Shown here one piece after another: positions 24,985 to 29,970 of a stretch of DNA of 29,970 nucleotides. The notes beneath the pieces are model-generated. The model made no database searches, had not been told where the DNA came from, and saw nothing but the letters and a program-made list of their open reading frames with translations. Source of the DNA: Candidatus Bathyarchaeia archaeon. GTDB lineage: Archaea > Thermoproteota > Bathyarchaeia > Bathyarchaeales > Bathycorpusculaceae. Position 1 is the first letter of the stretch, and every line of letters begins with the position of its first letter. The position numbers and the translations under genes are program-made. Location of the stretch: contig JBEKKX010000030.1 in NCBI GenBank assembly GCA_050010515.1, positions 1-29,970 on the forward strand, written 5' to 3'.

Positions 24985-25797
24985 CTACTGCACCCTTTGG
25001 CATTCTCCAGAGCACTTTTCCCACATAATATCATACCACTGTTGAATTACTTGTACTAGAATTGGATTGTTTGACCACAGGTAAGGCTGCTCTAACGTAT
25101 TTACCTTGGACGTGGTTGAAATAAACACTTCTGTGTTGTCTTTTATGATTACCTTTGCTGGTGAAGGAAAATGAAGATATCTTGCCTGGAATTCAGGCTC
25201 TCTCTTCAGAAGAGCCGAAAATAACTTTGGCTGATTCCCTTTTTGGGTTTTGTTATGTATTTCCCTGATTTTTACGCCTTTCTTAAGGGCTTTAACCATT
25301 AACTCATAGTTTTTTCTATGCGCTAACATTCTTATTCTTTCTTGGTCTTCATCCATCAAATCAATACTTGTTTGAGCAGTCTCCCAGACTCTTATGAAAC
25401 TATTTTCAATTGGTTCTTTCTCAGGGATCAAAACGAAATCACCTGTTTCGTTTTTGTCTTCACGTTTATCGACACTTTGAAAGCTCTTGAGTATTTCAAA
25501 TACTGTCTTCTTAAGTTCTGCTGTTTGTTTATCTCTTCGCTGAATTAGCATTGAGATGCCTTCTTCCAGCGGTATGGGTCTATATTTGTTTGGTTTAGAT
25601 ATTATTTTTTCAACAAGGCTTTTTTCTTGGAGTTCGGTGAGTACGCGGTAAACGTCTTGTGAAGCTACTTTCGCTGATTTAGCCGTTGTTCTTCCTGTTG
25701 AGGTGCCTAATATAGCGAGGGCTAGGTAGACTTTTGCTTGCAAAAACGTAAGTCCTAACTTAACCAGCGTTTCAACTGGTTCCCCTTGTACCAGCAA
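24985..25797 (-). CDS. TrmB-family transcriptional regulator
   Basis: LGLTFLQAKVYLAL..DVYRVL..L.EK.LVEK..P.KY HTH; C-terminal GVKIR..IIKDNTEVFI..LWSNNP..W effector domain. Confidence 0.9.
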   Translation of the reverse strand: MLVQGEPVETLVKLGLTFLQAKVYLALAILGTSTGRTTAKSAKVASQDVYRVLTELQEKSLVEKIISKPNKYRPIPLEEGISMLIQRRDKQTAELKKTVFEILKSFQSVDKREDKNETGDFVLIPEKEPIENSFIRVWETAQTSIDLMDEDQERIRMLAHRKNYELMVKALKKGVKIREIHNKTQKGNQPKLFSALLKREPEFQARYLHFPSPAKVIIKDNTEVFISTTSKVNTLEQPYLWSNNPILVQVIQQWYDIMWEKCSGECQRVQ

Positions 25798-26032
25798 ACT
25801 TCTTTTCTCCCGGATAAGTAGTGTTTACTAATTGCTTTTAAATTTTTCTAAAAATCAGGCTATAATCAAAAATATTCGTACAATAAATCATTTTTAGGCG
25901 AAAAAATACGGAAACATGGAGGCGCAAAGCTCTCCGATAAATTTTCAAAAGGCAGCGTTTTATGCGAAACATAAAAATAAATGAAAGCTACCAAGTTTAC
26001 TTTATGTACTACAAAAGCCAGAATTGGTAGCC

Positions 26033-27010
26033 ATGAAAGACCTTGAGGAAATAGACGTAAGGATTCTCAAAGAACTTCTCAAAGATGGACGGAAAAGCTT
26101 TACAACTATAGCTGAAGAATGCCAAACATCAAAAGACATCGTCTGGAAACATTACAAAGATATGACGGAGACCGGCATAATAGTTGGCGCCACGATTCAA
26201 TTTAATTATCCAAAGTTTGGTTACAGTGGAGTAGCAATGATAATGCTCAGCGTAGAATCACAATACGTTACTGATGTTTTTGTGCGCCTTAAGAAAACTC
26301 CCGATGTTGACAGTTTTCGCTATTATAATGCAACGTATAATCTTGCTGCAATTTGTCATCTAAAAAGTCTAAGTGATTTAGCGCATGTCAAAGAACTCAT
26401 AAGCAAACAAAGCATAATAAATGAAATCAAAACGTGTCTTTGGACAGACGTAAGGAACATTCCGGAAAACATTTTGGTAGGTCCATTCGAAAACAAAACC
26501 GAGAAAGCAAATGGAAGTTCTCAAGCAGGTGCAGATGCTCAAAAAAGTTCAGTTACGATTGATGAAATCGATTTGCAAATAGTCGAAAAACTAACCAAAA
26601 ACGGCCGTTTACCTTTCAGTAAAATTGCTCAAGAAATAGGCGTCTCAACTGACACTGTAGCTAGGAGATACGAAAAACTCAGGAAAAACAATTTCATTAA
26701 AGTTTCAATTCAAATCAACCCTTTAGAATTGGGCTATCAAGCTATTCTAGACATTAACATAGCACTCACAAACCAAAGCAAAACAAAAGAAATGATGGAT
26801 AAGTTATCCATAGTCCCGGGCGTAGCCTATCTTGCCGAAATAAGTGGAAACTACGACCTGTTAGTTACGGCTTTAGTGAAGGATTGTAAGGATATTATTG
26901 CAATTAATGAGGAAATCGTAAAAATACCATATATTAAAAGAATGGATGCAGCTATGAGACAAGTTTATCCCGCTTGGCCTAGTCCTCGTCAGTACATATC
27001 AACATTTTGA
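26033..27010 (+). CDS. Tandem (double) Lrp/AsnC-family regulator
   Basis: Two HTH+RAM units: IDVRILKELLKDGRKSF and IDLQIVEKLTKNGRLPF..SGNYDL. Confidence 0.9.
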   Translation: MKDLEEIDVRILKELLKDGRKSFTTIAEECQTSKDIVWKHYKDMTETGIIVGATIQFNYPKFGYSGVAMIMLSVESQYVTDVFVRLKKTPDVDSFRYYNATYNLAAICHLKSLSDLAHVKELISKQSIINEIKTCLWTDVRNIPENILVGPFENKTEKANGSSQAGADAQKSSVTIDEIDLQIVEKLTKNGRLPFSKIAQEIGVSTDTVARRYEKLRKNNFIKVSIQINPLELGYQAILDINIALTNQSKTKEMMDKLSIVPGVAYLAEISGNYDLLVTALVKDCKDIIAINEEIVKIPYIKRMDAAMRQVYPAWPSPRQYISTF

Positions 27011-27102
27011 TAGTTAAAAAATACTCACCTGCCACAGCTGGCTTTCCTAAAGTTTTCTGTTTCTTGTCGGTTAGTTGGTAGTCGGATGACTTACTGCGAC
27101 TC

Positions 27103-27112
27103 TTTATAAATA
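27103..27112 (+). promoter_or_regulatory. TATA box of the surface-protein gene
   Basis: TTTATAAATA about 48 bp before ATG 27160. Confidence 0.6.
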
Positions 27113-27159
27113 GTTTTGAACGATACCCGCTGCATAAATAAAATTGAAGGAAAAGAAAA

Positions 27160-29700
27160 ATGCAAAAACTAAAAAGTAAAACTATGGCTATTCTTATTGC
27201 AGCACTTTTAACATTCATGATGACTATTTGTCTCTGTATTTTGCCTTTCATTAGTGCTAGTGCCCCCACGTATCAGACCAAAAATTTAACAGTGCATACT
27301 AGCGCATTCCTAGCAGTCTCACCTGATCCTGTTGGCGTTGGTCAATCGGTTCAGGTTGAGATGTGGGTAGAACCGATCCATCCATATCCAACTGATACCT
27401 TTCACGGTTATTCAGTGACAATCGTGCATCCTGACGGAACAGTCGAAACCAAGGGACCATACAACTCCCTTGCACAGCAGGCTACTCAATTCTTTAGGTA
27501 CACACCTACATCGGTTGGCAATTACACTTTCAAATTTACGTATCCAGGTGAGACATTTACAGACACAAACGACAAGTACTTGCCAGCAACAGCTCAGAAT
27601 GTAACGCTTGTGGTCCAAGCAACACCGGTACCTGGTTATTCCGAGAGCCCTCTTCCAACGAGTTACTGGACAAGCCCAATAAATGCTCAGAACCAAAACT
27701 GGGCACCTATTTCCGGAAACTGGTTATTCAAGGGCGGCGACAATGGCTCAGAACTAGGTTACGGAGACTCTTGGGGCGGCTATAATCCCTACACAACTGC
27801 CGACACAACTGCCCATATTATGTGGACTCAACAGATGACTACAGGAGGTCTTGTTGGAGGTAACATCATTGGTAGCTACTATTCCGGTGCAACTTATTAT
27901 CCGTATCTAGAACCTCCAATAATCATTGATGGTCTGGCTATCTATGGTACACAAAAGGCGGAGGCAACTGGCGAACCCTTCGCCTCTCCTGGCACTGAAT
28001 GCGTAAATCTGGAGACTGGTAAAGTACTATGGAATAACCCTAATATTACCGTTGCTCTCGGCCAAGTATGGCAATACACCCAAGTGCCTGCCCAATATGG
28101 CCAAGGTGCTAGGGCATATCTATGGGGCAATGTCACTAATTCTGATTGGAATGTTTATGATGTTTACACTGGTCAATTCGTATTTGGCTACTACAACGCT
28201 CAAGTACAAGATTTTGGTTCTTGGTATGGAGACGAATTTTTGGCAGGCAGTGATGGAACTATCTACGACTATGTTCTCGATGGAGCAACAGCATCGAATA
28301 CTACTTGGCTGGCGGAATGGAACTCTACCCTAGCCTACGTCGCAAACGGAATTTCCCCAGATACCCCTCCCACATACTACAATTGGCTTTTAGGAGTACA
28401 GTATAACGTAACGGAACCCTCGTATCTTGTCAGCGGTTCTCCTCTTGTATACGGCGGCGAGGTTAACCCGGGAAACATAATTCTAGGCCCACAGAGAATG
28501 GCAATTGATGACAATGTGCTACTTGCGAGAGTATCGGACGGCGGTGAACATCTGTACTATGAAATGGGCTACGACATCACCAATGGTCAGCAATTATGGG
28601 TACATGGGAATGATGAGCCGGGCGCGCTATTCGCCCCATGGGTTTTTGTCGGCGACGGGATTTATGCTTCCTTCAACCTTGGAAATGCTACTTGGATAGG
28701 CTATAATATCAAAACGGGTCAAGTGATATGGGATAGTGTACCAAGCTCAGGGTGGGGCGATTTTGTACAGTACGGACCCGTTATAGCTGACGGCGCACTT
28801 TACGCAGGAACATGGAATGGATACTTGACAGCGTATAACGCTACAAACGGTAATATCATGTGGAAATTCTTCGCTGGAAATTCTGGCACTGCAACCCCCT
28901 TCGGCTCTTATCCTATGTGGGGCAGCGTGGTTGTTGGTGGAGGAGTCGTTTACTCTGGAGGAGGACAAGAATCGCCAAGTAATCCATTGTATCAAGGTTA
29001 CCGATTGTTTGCAGTTAATGAGACGACAGGACAAGAAATATGGAGCATTAGTGGGTACTTCTCAGTTAAAGCAATTGCTGACGGCTATTTAATGGCGTTC
29101 AACAGTTACGATAACACGGCTTACACTTTTGGACAAGGCCCAAGCAAAACAACAGTCACAGCACCCGATGTCGGGGTCACAACTGCAACTCCGATAACGA
29201 TAACAGGTTCAGTCACTGACATATGCACAGCAGCAAGCAACCCCGTTGTCGCTGCAAACTTCCCCAACGGTCTTCCATGTGTTTCTGACGCAAGCATGAG
29301 CCAATTTATGGAAGCCGTTTACATGCAGCAGCCAATGCCAACCAACATAACCGGAGTACCAGTAACGATAGCTGTCACTGATAAAAACGGTAACTGTTAC
29401 GACATAGGCACAACCACAACTAACCCAACCACCGGCTTCTTCAGCCTAAACTGGACACCCATCATACCAGGGAACTTCACGGTCACCGCCACGTTCGCAG
29501 GCACACAAGCATACTATGGATCTATTGCTCAAACCGCTTTCTATGCTAGCTCGCCAGCGCCAACAGCAGCGCCAACCGCTACACCCGTAACAGGCCTAGC
29601 AACAATGTCAGCTCTAACTTATGGAATCGTTGCTGTAATAATCGTAATAATCATCGCAATCGCCATAGTCGGCTTGCTCTTAATGAGAAAAAAGCCATAA
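27160..29700 (+). CDS. Membrane-anchored surface glycoprotein with PQQ-like beta-propeller repeats and Ig-like domains
   Basis: Signal peptide; repeats NLETGKVLW, DITNGQQLW, NIKTGQVIW, NATNGNIMW, NETTGQEIW; about 15 N-x-S/T sequons; Pro/Thr linker; C-terminal TM followed by RKKP. Confidence 0.92.
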   Translation: MQKLKSKTMAILIAALLTFMMTICLCILPFISASAPTYQTKNLTVHTSAFLAVSPDPVGVGQSVQVEMWVEPIHPYPTDTFHGYSVTIVHPDGTVETKGPYNSLAQQATQFFRYTPTSVGNYTFKFTYPGETFTDTNDKYLPATAQNVTLVVQATPVPGYSESPLPTSYWTSPINAQNQNWAPISGNWLFKGGDNGSELGYGDSWGGYNPYTTADTTAHIMWTQQMTTGGLVGGNIIGSYYSGATYYPYLEPPIIIDGLAIYGTQKAEATGEPFASPGTECVNLETGKVLWNNPNITVALGQVWQYTQVPAQYGQGARAYLWGNVTNSDWNVYDVYTGQFVFGYYNAQVQDFGSWYGDEFLAGSDGTIYDYVLDGATASNTTWLAEWNSTLAYVANGISPDTPPTYYNWLLGVQYNVTEPSYLVSGSPLVYGGEVNPGNIILGPQRMAIDDNVLLARVSDGGEHLYYEMGYDITNGQQLWVHGNDEPGALFAPWVFVGDGIYASFNLGNATWIGYNIKTGQVIWDSVPSSGWGDFVQYGPVIADGALYAGTWNGYLTAYNATNGNIMWKFFAGNSGTATPFGSYPMWGSVVVGGGVVYSGGGQESPSNPLYQGYRLFAVNETTGQEIWSISGYFSVKAIADGYLMAFNSYDNTAYTFGQGPSKTTVTAPDVGVTTATPITITGSVTDICTAASNPVVAANFPNGLPCVSDASMSQFMEAVYMQQPMPTNITGVPVTIAVTDKNGNCYDIGTTTTNPTTGFFSLNWTPIIPGNFTVTATFAGTQAYYGSIAQTAFYASSPAPTAAPTATPVTGLATMSALTYGIVAVIIVIIIAIAIVGLLLMRKKP

Positions 29701-29723
29701 AAACAAAACAACCAAAAATCCAC

Positions 29724-29736
29724 TTTCCCCTTTTTT
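29724..29736 (+). terminator. Pyrimidine/T-tract terminator
   Basis: TTTCCCCTTTTTT about 23 bp after the stop codon. Confidence 0.55.
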
Positions 29737-29970
29737 AGTCTTAAGCAATGGAGAAAAAGATAAGGGCTGAGAGGGCTCTGGTCAAATTCACAAGAAGCAA
29801 TAGCCTTTAGCAAGCTTTTGCGTTTCTTTTCCCCTAAGTTTCCAGAGCCTCAGCAAACCCTGAATGTTCTAATATGTCGCCACTCCGTCATTGTCTTTTT
29901 TTCCATATGTCCATAACCAGCATACAAGACTTGTTTGAAAAGTAGATAACTCAGCTCCAGTCGGTTGACT

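Noticed and set aside
24854-25045. 63-aa ORF as a gene
   Set aside because: It is the shifted frame of the surface-protein pseudogene and runs into the TrmB gene.
25895-25970. CG-(A/T-rich)7-8-CG motifs, also near 473 and 4319, as TrmB operators
   Set aside because: Variable spacing and low information content in AT-rich DNA.
29760-29970. Possible incoming minus-strand gene
   Set aside because: All three frames stop within about 40 codons with no recognisable similarity.
1-29970. tRNA/rRNA genes, CRISPR arrays and the many antisense ORFs in the track
   Set aside because: No cloverleaf, rRNA signature or spaced repeats were seen; the antisense ORFs lie inside well-supported genes.

Overview
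Archaeal chromosomal segment, most consistent with Bathyarchaeia. This is an inference from the dtdA-secE-spt5-rpl11-rpl1-rpl10 order without ftsZ, a tail-less L10, TATA/GGTGA signals and a TrmB + double-Lrp + PQQ-repeat surface-protein block. Housekeeping and metabolic genes (lig, ThiF/MoeB, arsB, ilvC, argF, dtdA, ribosomal cluster, MgtE-like/TrkA-C pair) alternate with small accessory blocks and at least five gene remnants: two transposases of different families, a TrmB HTH, DUF1697 and a surface protein. The best candidate for an undescribed system is 5782-8845. A threonine-synthase-fold protein has Arg in place of its PLP Schiff-base lysine and carries a C-terminal winged helix. It lies directly upstream of a near-perfect 22-bp palindrome in the promoter of an ECF S-component + PurM/AIRS-fold operon, which suggests a pseudoenzyme-based vitamin (probably B6) sensing and salvage regulon. 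No rRNA, tRNA or CRISPR array was seen. All family calls come from motif recognition by eye; no searches were run.
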